Shown piece after piece: positions 39,110-52,322 of a DNA stretch of 64,000 bases. Origin of the DNA: Octopus vulgaris. Lineage: Eukaryota. The stretch lies in assembly GCA_951406725.2 (NCBI GenBank), contig OX597818.1, positions 118,482,001 through 118,546,000 on the forward strand, read 5' to 3'. Under the pieces are notes generated by a model that searched no databases, was not told the origin of the DNA, and saw nothing but the letters and a program-made list of their open reading frames with translations. The translations under genes and the position numbers were made by a program. Each line of letters begins with the position of its first letter. The first letter of the stretch is position 1.

Positions 39110-40719
39110 TATATATATATATATATATATGCGACGGATTTCTTTACGTTACCGTGTCACCTGTTTTATTCTAATGTCATGTCTCCTGTTTTAATTTAAT
39201 GTCATCTGTTATATCAGTGTTCTTCAAGTCATTCAGAGGTCGTCAATTCAGCCGCTCTCTATATACATAGAACATTGGAAAAGCAGTTCATTTATGAACA
39301 GACTCAATTTTCTGCAAGATTCTACTATGAATAAACAATGGTACTTTAAGTTTCCTATAGAAGATATTGTTCCTATCTTTCTTTACGCGTTAATGGTTAC
39401 AAATGTTTACAAAACTGTCTTTGAATTTGCTATCAATGTGAATGATGCAAGTTGATTTATATGAGGTTTGTTTCATTCAGAGAAATCCCCCACCATTGAA
39501 TTTAATAGATGAACAAATGAATATATCAATTACTTATTGTGTGTTATTTTGTAATTTATTTGTTACAATAGCTTTTCTAACTACAGATAAATAGAGCCAC
39601 TTATATAAATTCCACCAACTACCCGTAAAAAAATAAGCAGCGTTAAAATTGATTGTTCTCTTATAGAATGTTTTTGGTTTAATACAATAGGAAATTACTT
39701 TATTGCAATATTTGCTAATTATGTACGCAATAAAATCATAAAATTAGCCGGACATGAGTTCAGTTTTTTTTTATAGCCAGACAGCGTCATATACATATAT
39801 GTATGTGTGAGTATGAATGTTTACATATATCTGTATGTATGTGTATTTAGGTTTATATATATGTATTTTTGATACATGTATGTGTTTATATATTATTTCT
39901 CTATCTGTATGTGTGTGTTTGTGTTTATGTGTGACAGCCTAGAGGTAATTTCATTTACTAAAATATATCAAATGGCATCTTTTATATCGATAGAAAATTC
40001 AAGAACAATGTGTCAGCATTGAAGCGTAAAGATAGATAGAAAAAATAACTTTTTTTGCAATAATTAATATTGTATTGTGCAATTTTGGCTTAAATTGGCA
40101 ATTAACACAATCGCCTCGTAAGTAAATTGCGTGCACATTTTTTTTTTTTTGTACTACAGTTTACTGCTTCGGTACTTGATGATGTGAATCGGAAAATAAG
40201 ACAAACATACCGTCAGTAGCAGGATGAAACAGTCGTGTCCATATATTAATTTACAGAGGAAATAGAATTTGTTTACGTTTGTAACGATACCAGACTACAT
40301 ATACAGTGTCATTGAGATGTAGTATGTTACGTATCGCCACACAACTCAGCTTTCAGACGCACCGTGCCTCCACAATTTATATTCTCAGCAATTGTCTGTA
40401 ATTCCTCTAATCCACGCATTCCGTCATATGTCAGCGCGTATGATCTTTTCCATGTGCTTCCACTGTATTATTTTCTCACTTTTTATAAACACATCTCCCG
40501 CTTATATTCGCATAATCAATAAGGTCCTTCATATTTTAACTACTTTTTATTTCTCACTTCTCGATCATCCTTAAGTCTGAATACATATACATTGCGTTCT
40601 TTATTTCTCACAATGCTAATCTTCTTGCTTTCTAGAAACTTTGTTGATTACTGCACACTCTTCAGATATTGCATTTCAATTCTTCTCGAATTTTCTCTTT
40701 TTACCCACGAGTTTTTTTT

Positions 40720-41021
40720 TGTTTGTACCTTCTCGAGCCATGCCTGGCTCACAAGGGCCGGTTTCCCGGTTTCCTTGTCGTATAGGATCCCCACCTGGAT
40801 GGGACGCCGGTCTGTCGCAAGTAAGCTGCAAGATGCAAGAGGAAAGAGTGAGAGAAATCTGTGGCGAAAGAGTCAGGAGAAGTTCGCCATTACCTTCTGC
40901 CGGAGCCGCGTGGTGCTTAGGTGTTTCGCTCATAAACACACACATCGCCCGGTCAGAGATTCGAACCCACGATCCCCCTACCGCGAGTCCGCTGCTCTAA
41001 CCGCTAGGACATGTTCCCCCA
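40720..41021 (-). mobile_element. SINE family D (tail type 2)
   Basis: Colinear with 25668-25961; possible TSD CACGAGT at 40706-40712 and 41028-41034. Confidence 0.85.
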
Positions 41022-41090
41022 CTTGCACACGAGTAGTATTTATTTTTCATTGCGATGGTTCTTGAATAAGGGTTATCATTATCATTAGTG

Positions 41091-41229
<139 letters not shown>

Positions 41230-43176
41230 AAATGTTTTAGTCCAAGATGCCTCAACACATAACTTATGTCCATGGTTATATGCTACCGACCCTGTCGCTA
41301 CTAAGACTCTTTTACCACACCATGTCACCAGGGTCATTGTTTCGTCATCCTCTTCCCAAAACTACGTTCTGAATTCTCTATTTTGTTTTAATTTCCGAGA
41401 GATTTTGTATGCAAACATACAGGTAAGATGATCTCATTCCTTATCCATTCTATTCACCCGTACATCTTACTTCCCTTCTTTTCCCCACTATCTCACTTTA
41501 TATAAATACCCTTCTTTATTCTCCTCTTTCTCCCTCCCTTTCTCTCTCTCTCTCTCCTCTCCCCTCTCCCTGATACACCTAACTCAGAAGCCAACTTACT
41601 GTTCTGACCATATACATAAATATTGAAATATTTCCCGGTTCGTATTTTGGAATATTTTAACTGAGAAATGTCTTACGCAACAGATGCATTTGCGGTTAAA
41701 TATTACGCAGACACGAAACGTACGTGGTGAATGACTTTAAAATATCATTATTTTGTTTGACGTCATTAAAATTTTATATATATGTGATTGCCAATATATA
41801 CGTACATACATACACGTACACATATAGGCAGACATACATACATACACACATACATGCAAGCATACTTATATAGTTTAGACTATACTTTAATCATTATCTT
41901 ACTTTTCATTATCAATCAATGAAAATGGGGATGAAGATCTTTGGAGTGTAAAAAGAGAGACTATGTATTCGCCAGGCAGCCTGCTCTGAAATATAATTTC
42001 ATCTACTAATGCAGTGATGTTAAACATTTGGGAAGCAATTATCAAACATTCACTGTTGCATTGTAGTTAGTACATCAAATGTGGCGTGTATAAGAGCATT
42101 TATGTATATAATTTACATAACACAGTGACTGGTGTGTAAAGAAATCTTAATTCAATAATTCTTTGTGTGCGGCATAATACCAGAATCAACTGTAATTGAC
42201 TAATGATTTGGAGAGGAGTTTTTATTGAGGCCGAAATATTTTATTTAGTGCTGAGTATGTTATTTTTCCACCAACATATTATCAATTATAGTGACATACA
42301 ATCATTCATGAGTACATTTAGTCAGAAAGAAAACATCACAAAAAGAAATATGCACATAGATTCACACATTAGCACGCATGAGTATTAAAATAATGTATGT
42401 AGTAAATGAGATAAATGATTTGTGTTCATAATCACAGAAGAAATTTGATCAGTATAGTATGATGCCATATCCCGAAGGATGTAATAATTTCTGTCATTAT
42501 TATATGTCTATATAGCTGAAAATGTGTGCATATTGCAGAGAGTTGTGTATCTATAAATGTGTTTATCTCTATTGTTTGTGTTTGTGACGTAGACCGGCAG
42601 GAAACTCGTTTATATAAACGTGATTAAATTGTAAAATTAGTTGTTGACTGTACAGCCTACGCTATGTCGACATTAAATCTGCAAACTTCCAGTAAATGAT
42701 AATTTGAATATCAATATATCAGACAATGTCGTGGTGATTTGTTTTACATTGTAGGCTATGGTTTAGCTATGATTTAACATAAACCACTGTGGGTTTGTAA
42801 CACAGTAGAAAAAATAAAGACGGGGGACCCTCGTATTAACAGCCACCATAATATATGCACATCCTACTTAACAGATTGTATAAGATCCAATGTGAGAGTA
42901 GCTGTAAACAATTAATGACGTGTCATAGGCAAAGACTTAACTTTCAGATTATTGTTATCATCTATTTGCAAACCATAGTCATATTTGGAGAGCACTGGTA
43001 TATGAAACAATTAGTGTATAATGCATCGCCCCACATTTTCTTATTTGCCTTCGCGGATATGCTGCTTACATGTTTCGCAGATTTCTAGATCCCTGATCTG
43101 GTATGAGACATAAATGTAATGAACTGGGGGATGATACCTCAATCTACACTTTAAATACATAATATTGTATATCCCT

Positions 43177-43408
43177 AGGCGGCGAGTTGGCAGAATGGTT
43201 AGCACGCCGAGCGAAATGCTTAGCGGTATATCGCCTGACGTTACGTTCTAAGTTCAAATTCCGCCAACGTCGATTTTGCCTTTCATCCTTTCGGGGTTGC
43301 TAAATTAAGTACCAGTTACGCACTGGGGTCGAGGTAATCGACTTAATCCGTTTGTCCGTCTTTGTTTGTCCTCTCTGTGTTTCGCCCCTTGTGGGTAGTA
43401 AAGAAATA
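43177..43408 (+). mobile_element. SINE family A, single full-length copy
   Basis: AGGCGGCGAGTTGGCAGAATGGTTAGC...AGTTCAAATTCC...GTGGGTAGTAAAGAAATA. Confidence 0.92.
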
Positions 43409-44100
43409 AATATTCCTGACATAATCAAAGTGGGTATTCACATATATCACAGGTTTATACGCAGTGCTAAAAATAAAATTTAAAAAAGCTGAAAATACAT
43501 TACATTCTAGAAGAAAGGAAAAACTACGCCCTCGAGCGCAGGTTTTCTTTATTTCTAGACACTTCGATGAGATTTAGTTGCTTCCTTAACTTGTGTCACC
43601 AAATTTAGGTTAATTGTGCACACACTGTTATATTCTGAATCTTCCAAGCATTAGTTTGATAAACCTAAGGGTGTCAGTGTCGGACACAATATGATGTTTC
43701 CATTCATTTTCCAACCACTCTCTCACGCAATATTCTGCTTAGAAAATACTGTTCCTTTATAAAGCTATATAATCAGGAAACACCAGGTTTCATATATGCT
43801 TCAAGATTAGAGAGCTAAACCAATAGTATCCAATTTCCTAAAAAAAACGCATTCATTTACTAAACAATATTGCTTGGTTACTTTTGTTTGGGCAATTGTA
43901 CACTCACTTGAAATTACGACAAGGACATGTTAATATAACTTGTATCTACAGTACGGAAACTAATCAATGTAGAAGAGTAAACATACCTGAATTTTACCGC
44001 ATATGGATATTATTTGGACAAACAGTAGCCGCAAGTGGATGCTGTTGAACATTAATACATATTTCAACACGGCTTTATTTCTGTCCGAAATATATATATC

Positions 44101-44733
44101 TATTTCTTTATTGTCAGCAAGGGGCTAAACATAGAGAGAACAAACAAAGACAGACAAAAGTATTAAGGCGATTATATCGACCCCAGTGCGTAACTAGTAC
44201 TTTATTTATCGACCCCGAAAGGATGAAAGGCAGAGTTGACCTCGGCGGAATTTCAACTCAGAACATAACGGCAGACGAAATACCTATTTCTTTACTACCC
44301 ACAAGGGGTTAAACACAGAGAGGACAAACAAGGACAGACAAACGGATTAAGTCGATTATACCGACCCCAGTGCGTAACTGGTACTTATTTAACCGACCTC
44401 GAAAGGATGAAAGGCAAAACCGAATTCGGTGGAACTTGAACTCAGAACGTAGCAACGGGCGAAATACTGCTATGCATTTCGCCCTGCGCGCTAACGTTTC
44501 TTATGTCTTTATTGCCCACAAGGAGCTAAACATAGAGGGGACAAACAAGGATACACAAACGGATTAAGTCGATTAGATCGACCCCAGTACATAACTGGTA
44601 CTTAATTTATCGACCTCGAAAGGATGAAAGATAGAGTCGATCTCGGCGGAATTTGAACTCAGAACATAACGGCAGACGAAATACTGCTAAGCATTTCGCC
44701 CGGCATGCTAACGATTCTGCCAGCTCGTCGCCT
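44101..44733 (-). mobile_element. SINE family A 3-unit array
   Basis: Units 44101-44284, 44285-44501 (with partial head) and 44502-44733 (full head). Confidence 0.92.
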
Positions 44734-45417
44734 TTCTCTCTGCAATATAATCTTTATTTAGTCGTCCTACTCATCACACGGAATTTTTAAAATATCCTGT
44801 TAACCAACTGCTTCAGCGTACATAATAATGACAACACACATAGATCACACTGTTAATATAGGAAATTTCAACATGATTACAGTTATTCCGTAGCTGTCTG
44901 TCTGTTAGATTACTAACTGTTTAACTGTTTATAGTATAATTAATGGATGATTCTCTTGTCCACATTTTGTTAGTAACGTGCTTCACTCGCTGCATACATG
45001 ATAATTGGTTTTAGTTTTGCTGTCTATCTGACGTTGAGAAATAGTATCGTAAATTGTAACTAGCATCGTCAGAGACTATGATATACTCAGAACATCGGCA
45101 ACTTAGGAGTCATCAGACACATTGATGAACTCAGAATGTGAGCAACGGAGGAGACATATAACATATAGCTAGTGGACTGCATAGATAAAGTTTCTGATAC
45201 AGTATATCTCCATCGAGTTGAGGACAATGCGGGATGTATATGAATTCGGTGTTCAATGGAATTTTGCATAATATGATGGTCTGAGAAGTATGGCGACACA
45301 CGTCTCTCCGGTACTCTTTAGGTCAAATTTTTATGCTTGGACCGAGATTAACTCTTATTGACCAAACGTATGGGCGAAGTATCTGCAAGCTATGATCATC
45401 CCCAACTTTATTAAACA

Positions 45418-45805
45418 CTAGCAATATCGCCCGGCGTTGCTTGGGTTTGTTTAGGTCCTTTAGCATTGGAATTTTTGATAAGTAAAAATTTTGCATTATG
45501 TAGCTTCTTATTCTCTTTAAGTGAATATTTTTCTGGTTGAAATACACCGACAAATGTTGATACAGCAGTCAAAAAATTGTAAAAAATAGTGATTTTCATA
45601 GAAAAAAAGCACCTGTTTGATGTAAATAATTTTGGTGTTAACATGGTCCGATTTGAATTTTATCTTCTACGGAAGGAAGAGCAACCCTTCTTCTATCATA
45701 CTTTCAATTTTGGTCAACTTGCGTCGCAGGTCTCGGAGGAGATAGAGTTAGTTGAAGGCTACCGAATCTGCCACACACAGACAACTTCAGCTTTATATAT
45801 AGAGA
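45418..45805 (-). mobile_element. Short non-autonomous Helitron, apparently complete
   Basis: Minus strand starts TCTCTATATATAAAGCTGAAGTTGTCTGTGTGTG and ends CCCAAGCAACGCCGGG-CGATATTG-CTAG|T. Confidence 0.85.
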
Positions 45806-46551
45806 ATTCATATGTAAGACTGCATTATCCAAAATTATCATTTCATTTTGTGACTTTCAGTAAATGCTATTTTTTGCAGGTTCTCTGATTATGTGTAGAA
45901 TTCGTCATTATCCCTCTATACATAATTGTAGATTGAGTTGCAAACCATAATTTAGGCGCTGTTAGAAAAATAATTAACATGTTACTATCCCCAAACTATA
46001 AAATCCGTCTTGATATTCGGTCACGGAAAATGCTACGAAAAGAATCCATATGACAAAACACTATGCAAAAGAATTTTCAGTTACTATCAACGAGCACTAA
46101 CGAATAGATTGACTAAATGTTGCATATCATAGCTGAACGTTCTTTCAGTTACGATGTTTGGAAATTCCGAAATTCTTATTCGTTTAATAATTCAGTTAGA
46201 AAGCTGCACTCACATATTTCAAATTTCCATATTAATTTTTTTCCCGTTTTCTTAATGAATTTATCTTTCCTGTTAAATCAATAGTCTTTGAAGCAACAAT
46301 TTTTGAATTATAAAGCAATATTTTTTCTTTTAAATTGTGCAGTTGGCACAAAAACAAATAAGAGGTACACACATATACCAACGAATTCATACACACAAGT
46401 GAACGAACTTGTTTTTCCAAACATGTTTTGCGAAAAGCGTTCGAGGACATATATTAATAATTCGATAAATAACTCTAATGTAAAAAAAAACAAAACAAAA
46501 AAAAAATTCTTTTAATAAAATTTCGTGCAAATGTTCTCGATAAGCTTTCTT

Positions 46552-47344
46552 ATTTCTTTATTGCCCACAAGGGACTAAACATAGAGGGGGCAAACAAGAA
46601 CAGACAAACGGATTAACTCGATTACCTCGACTCCAGTTCGTAACTGGTACTTAATTTATCGACCCCGAAAGGATGAAAGGCAAAGTCGACTTCGGCCGGC
46701 GGAATTTGAACTCAGAACGTACAGACGGACGAAACACCTATTTCTTTACTACCCACAGGAACTAAACACAGCGACGAGAAACAAGAACAGACAAGCGGAT
46801 TAAGTTGATTATATCGAGTCCAATGCGTAACTGGTACTTATTTAATCTACCCTGAAGGATGAAAGGTAAAGTCGATCTAGGCGGAATTTGAACCCAGAAC
46901 GTAAAGACAGAGGAAATACCTAATTCTTTACTACCCACAAGGGGCTAAACACAGAGGGTACAAACAAGGACAGACAAACGGATTAAGACGATTATATTGA
47001 CCCCAGTGCGTAACTGGTACTTATTTAATCGATCCCGAAAGGATGAAAGGCGAAGTCGACCGATCTCATTGGAATTTGAACTCAGAACGTAGACGAAATA
47101 CCTATTTCTTTACTACCCACAAAGGGCTAAACACAGAGAGGACAAACAAGGACTCAAACGGATTAAGTCAATTATATTTAGTACCAGTTACGAACTGGTT
47201 CGTAACTGGTACTTAATTTATCGACCCCGGAAGGATGAAAGGCAAAGTCGATCTCGGTGGAATTTGAACTCAGAACGTAACGGCAGACGAAATACGGCTA
47301 CGCATTTCGCCCGCCGTGCTAACGATTCTGCCAGCTCGCCGCCT
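46552..47344 (-). mobile_element. SINE family A 4-unit array
   Basis: Units start at 46552, 46739, 46921 and 47103; single head at ~47295-47344. Confidence 0.93.
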
Positions 47345-47967
47345 ACAATACTGCAAAACTTTAAATACTAATAACGCAGTATTACATGTTCTAACGAGGC
47401 ATCTATGTTAAGTTGGAGAAAACGATTTTTCTTTTGCTATTAATACCGTTTAATACTGCTTCTTCTGGTAATAAAAATGCATACGTCTGTGTGTATGCAT
47501 GTGTGTGTATGTTATACGCCCACATTAATACCATATTATGTAAATAAATATGGGCACAATTTCATTGTCTCATCATTAAGCTAGAGGGAAATTGCGGATG
47601 TAACTGTCTCAGACTTTGTTGTACGTCATCTCGTCTGCTAATCCAATTTACTCGTGTAGCCACCAGCAACGTGAAAGAAATTACTTGCTTTTGGACACAA
47701 AGTGTTTCTCGGTTCAGTAATGACACAATATATCTTATGAACCTTATCGAATGGCACTCTACAGACATACACGCAGACATACATACTAATCCTCATCAAC
47801 CTACTAGTTCTGACTAATACATACGCATACATATACAGCGATTGCCGACTCTGTTATTTTTTAATATAACATCTACTCAGAGGCTTGCATGTTATACATA
47901 ATTTTTCCTACAATGAAATACGACGAACCAGCTTTTCTGTGATCATCATATTTGCCATATATATTTC

Positions 47968-48565
47968 TATTTCTTTACTACCCACAACGAGCTAAACACA
48001 GATGGGACAAACAAGGACAGACAAACGGATTAAGTCGATTATATCGACCTCAGCGCATAATTGGTACTTATTTAATCGACCCCGAAAGGATGAAAGGCAA
48101 AGTTGATCTCAGTGGAATTTGAACTCAGAACGTAGCGGCAGACGAATCCCTATTTCTTTACTACCCACAAGGGGCTAAACACAGAGAGGACAAACAAGGA
48201 CTCAAACGGATTAAGTCGATTATATCGACCCAAGTTCGTAACTGGTACTTAATTTATCGACTCCGAAAGGATGAAAGGCAAAGTCGACCTCGGCGGAATT
48301 TGACCTCGGAACGTAGCGGCAGACGAAATACCTATTTCTTTACTACCCACAAGGGGCTAAACACAGAGAGGACAGGCAAGGACAGACACAGGGATTAAGT
48401 CGATTATATCGACGCCAGTGCGTAACTGGTACTTATTTAATCGACCCCGAAAGGATGAAAAGCAAAGTTGACCTCGGGGGAATTTGAACTCAGAACGTAA
48501 CGGCCGACGAAATACGGCTACGCATTTCGCCCGGCGTGCTAACGTTTCTGCCAGCTCGCCGCCTT
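47968..48565 (-). mobile_element. SINE family A 3-unit array
   Basis: Units start at 47968, 48151 and 48333; single head. Confidence 0.93.
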
Positions 48566-50399
48566 AATATTTATTTATTCGCTATATATATTTCATTCAG
48601 CAGACCTGGCAACAAGCATTTGGTCCAATCATCCAGTTATGCTTCGATCAATGGAAGACTGAATCGTTACTAATATTAGGGGATGGCTTGTGTTGAAAAT
48701 TCAAAAGAGTTATCATACTATTTGAAATATATTAAATATTTTTGTTGCAGATTCTTATATAACCATTGTTACCACATGCAATTTTATGTCATCTCTTGGC
48801 TTTGTGTTAAATAGGCCACTACATTTTTAAAATAGTAAAAATAATCGTCATTTTTCGCTATTCTGCCGGTTTTTTAATTTTATATTTCATCTTTCATAGA
48901 CATTAGTACCTACTTAGAATTTGTCGACAAGTAATAATCTCGAACAGGTCTTAATATATTTTTCATCACACTTTTGGTACTGTCCAGAATCTGTAAACAA
49001 ACATTCTGGCATATTGATAGTCTATGTTTCTTCTTTTCTGTGTATTATTCTCATTTAAATCTCTATAAAGTAACAAAGATCAGCTTAAAATTGGACCAGT
49101 CTGTATTCCTGCAGGAATTTTAATTAAAAAAGTTAATTGAATTGGTTATCTCATATCTGGAAAAGTTATGAATAATAAATCTTCCTGGCTATATCTAAAG
49201 TAATGCGACTATAGAATAAAATGAATAGGAAACAAATGACGCAATTGTATTTTCCAATTTAGTTGGATAGTTCAGTAAACCAGTAGGATTCTGGTAAGCA
49301 ATGTCCATCCCTCCATATCCTTTTAAAAGATTGCAATCATAACAGCGGTGGTTTATACAAACTGTAGAACAACGGACAAAAGTATAAACAATATTTGTAT
49401 CTTTCCGTTATGTAGCTCAACTATTAGGAGAAGTATCGGTTTTCTTATTGCTTTTCAATTCACTGGCGGCGATTGAATGAGCATTAAGAAAATGTCATGA
49501 ACCGCTTTCATTTAAAAAAAACCAATATTCCGGATTAGATATCCGTCTATTCTATTTTGAAAATTAGAATATTCTTCATTTTAAAATCTATTTAAGATGA
49601 CTGGAGTTTGGCCTTCATTTTTTTTTTAAATATTTGTATTTACTCTTTTCAAAACATTATAATTGAATAGTTTTCAAGCATTTCTTCTATTAAAATGATT
49701 ATGGGGTGATATAAAGGATACCACAAACCATATTCAGAACAACAATATATTTCCTATAACACTTGCGTTGAGTATTCAAACATCTATCTCATTATTTTGA
49801 AGATGAAAAAATACGATGCTACGAAAGTGATGATCCCCGATATTGTTATCACTGAAAATACTACGGTGTGAAAATGCCTCTGGAAACCTCATTAAATATC
49901 CATACATTTCACATAACAATGTCGGTCTCCTTAACTCTCACTTCCGATTCTGTATTGGTTTTACTCCTGTTAAATCAGTTGAGAGACTTTCTGTTCGAGT
50001 AATAACACAGTGTTGGTCACATTACTGTGTCGTTAATAAGTGTTTCCTGGTTTGGTTATCAGTATCTCATCTTCCCTTACTTCTGCACTTCCCATCATTA
50101 TGGCCTTCACCTCTGCTTGTCCTTACTGTGGTTCACATGATTACAGCTGACGACGCCAAAGCAGAACATCAAGATTAGAATCCAGCAAACTTGTAACACT
50201 TGCAATAAAGTACATATATCTTATGTCTTTATCGTTCGTATGCTTCGTAATATAAGAGAAAGCGAAGGTTTAGTTCCGTCTCTAACAATCGGCCTACATA
50301 ATTTTCTTACATGGGGATCAAACTATTTGTATGTATCTGCATACCTGTCGACGTATCTATCTACCGATCAATTTATGGAACTATCATCTTATCTATCTG

Positions 50400-50814
50400 T
50401 ATTTATTTACTGCCCACAAGGGACTAAACACACAGTGGACAAACAAAGACAGACAAAATGATTAAGTCGATTATGTCGACCCCAGTGCGTAACTGGTACA
50501 TATTTAATAGACCCTGAAAGGATGAAAGGCAAAGTAGACCTCGGCGAAATTTGAACTCATAACGTAACGGCAGACGAAATACCTATTTCTTTACTACCCG
50601 CAAGGGGCTAAACACAGAGAGGACAAACAAGGTCAAACAAACGGATTAAGTCGATTATATCGACCCCAGTGCGTAACTGGTACATATTTAATCGACCCTG
50701 AAAGGATGAAAGGCAAAATAGACCTCGGCGAAATTTGAACTCATAACGTAACAGCAGACGAAATACCGCTAAACATTTCGCCCGGCGTGCTAACGATTCT
50801 GCCAGCCCGCCGCC
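50400..50814 (-). mobile_element. SINE family A 2-unit array
   Basis: Units 50400-50583 and 50584-50814 share private substitutions. Confidence 0.92.
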
Positions 50815-50959
50815 GTACGTTTTAGTAAACTTAATATTCCTGAAGGCACCAAGGGCATTATCACTGCAACACCGTTCAATTTGTTCTTAGGAAAGGTGCC
50901 GATGAAAATTTGCAAATCTATTTTCCATGACAATCTCCTCACATCCTGAATTACTTAAT

Positions 50960-51385
50960 ACGCCATGAACCATATGCAAACTTGTAACTCTGCCTATACT
51001 CAAACATTACACAACAGGCAAATTGGGGTCAAAATCAATACAATAGGCATTTAACCCTAGCTCCTATTGTAAATTTCACCTATAAAATGAAGAAGGCGAA
51101 CATTGATACAAATTGGATGTTTATATAAAAAGCGGTCTAAATGCGTCTGGAAGGGGATTAAAATTTACAGAAAGGGTTAACTTGGGGTGAGAAATTGATT
51201 GGAAGACGTTTTGGAGAGCTACAGCGGTTGCTTTATTGTGAAAACGGGGATTTTATTGATTTTCGGGGACACTTAGGGGGTCTAGATTGGATACCTTTTG
51301 TAAATTTCATTTCGGTCAGCCTTACTCAAATGTGATTTAATTGTTGACAAATATCGGCAACAACTCCGTCTTTATTGTGTAGTTA
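50960..51385. repeat. Possible decayed non-autonomous Helitron/Helentron-like repeat
   Basis: GGGG/AAATTTCA-rich composition and ...CTCCGTCTTTATTGTGTAG end similar to such elements; no diagnostic terminus seen. Confidence 0.3.
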
Positions 51386-52023
51386 CCTATTATATAAATT
51401 TCGCCTTGTTCATATTTTCCATCATTCAGCGCCACCACAAATACTGCCATTAATAAATAGATTCATCATAATTATTATATGCATTCAGTAATACATAAAT
51501 GAATAAATCTTGCAATATTTTCTTTCTGAAATAATTCTCGTTCATTATGCAACTCATAATTTTACAACTACTGTTAATTTAATGACTCTTCCTAATTCAT
51601 ATCGTGTCTATTTCATTCATCCCCCCAACAATAATATATCAGGACATATTACTCCATCACACCTTCATATTTCATAGTCGTCTATATAACTAATTTATCA
51701 ACTGTTCTAAATTCGAATATACCGTATCGATTGCTAAAGTTGAATAATGTTATTAACAGTTACATATAGCGTGATCTTCAATATGCCGACCTAATGATGA
51801 TCAAAGTATTGGCGAGCTGCTTCCTTTTGCTGTCGCTACATTATCCATTAAGCTAAGACATTTGACTCGTAATAAATCACTCTTCCTCGCTATGGTTGTG
51901 TCCTTTGTGTGAATATATAAGTGCTATTATATCAGTTTAAATGCTTACTGCTATATAGCACCATCTCTTCTTAGATAACTACATAAATATTCAATGGAGT
52001 TTAGTAAAAAAAATTATGGGTCG

Positions 52024-52271
52024 TATATATGTATATATATATGTATATATGCATGTGTATGTGTATATGTTTGTGCGTCTGTGTTTGTCCCACCAGCATC
52101 GCTTGACAACCGATGCTGGTGTGTTTAAGACCCCGTAACCTAGCGGTTCGGTAAAGAAGACCAATAGAATAAGTACTAGGCTTAGAAAGAATAAGTCCTG
52201 GGTTCGATTTGCTCGACTAAAAGGCCACAGTCAAATGACTGAAACAAGTAAAAAGAGTAAAAAAAAGAGTA
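52024..52271 (+). mobile_element. SINE family E 3' half (microsatellite plus tail)
   Basis: CATCGCTTGACAACCGATGCTGGTGTGTTTA...CAAATGACTGAAACAAGTAAAAAGAGTAAAA. Confidence 0.85.
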
Positions 52272-52322
52272 GATGATCGAAGCATCATACTGCACCGCCC
52301 ATATACTGTAATGTTTTCTTCC

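Noticed and set aside
40592-41065. 157-aa ORF
   Set aside because: Mostly antisense SINE family D sequence
44101-48565. Regularly spaced repeats resembling a CRISPR array
   Set aside because: Whole ~182-bp units are homologous with no unique spacers; eukaryotic SINE context and no cas genes
50148-50175. CTGACGA-CGC...GC-AGAAC hammerhead-like
   Set aside because: No GAAA and no stem I pairing
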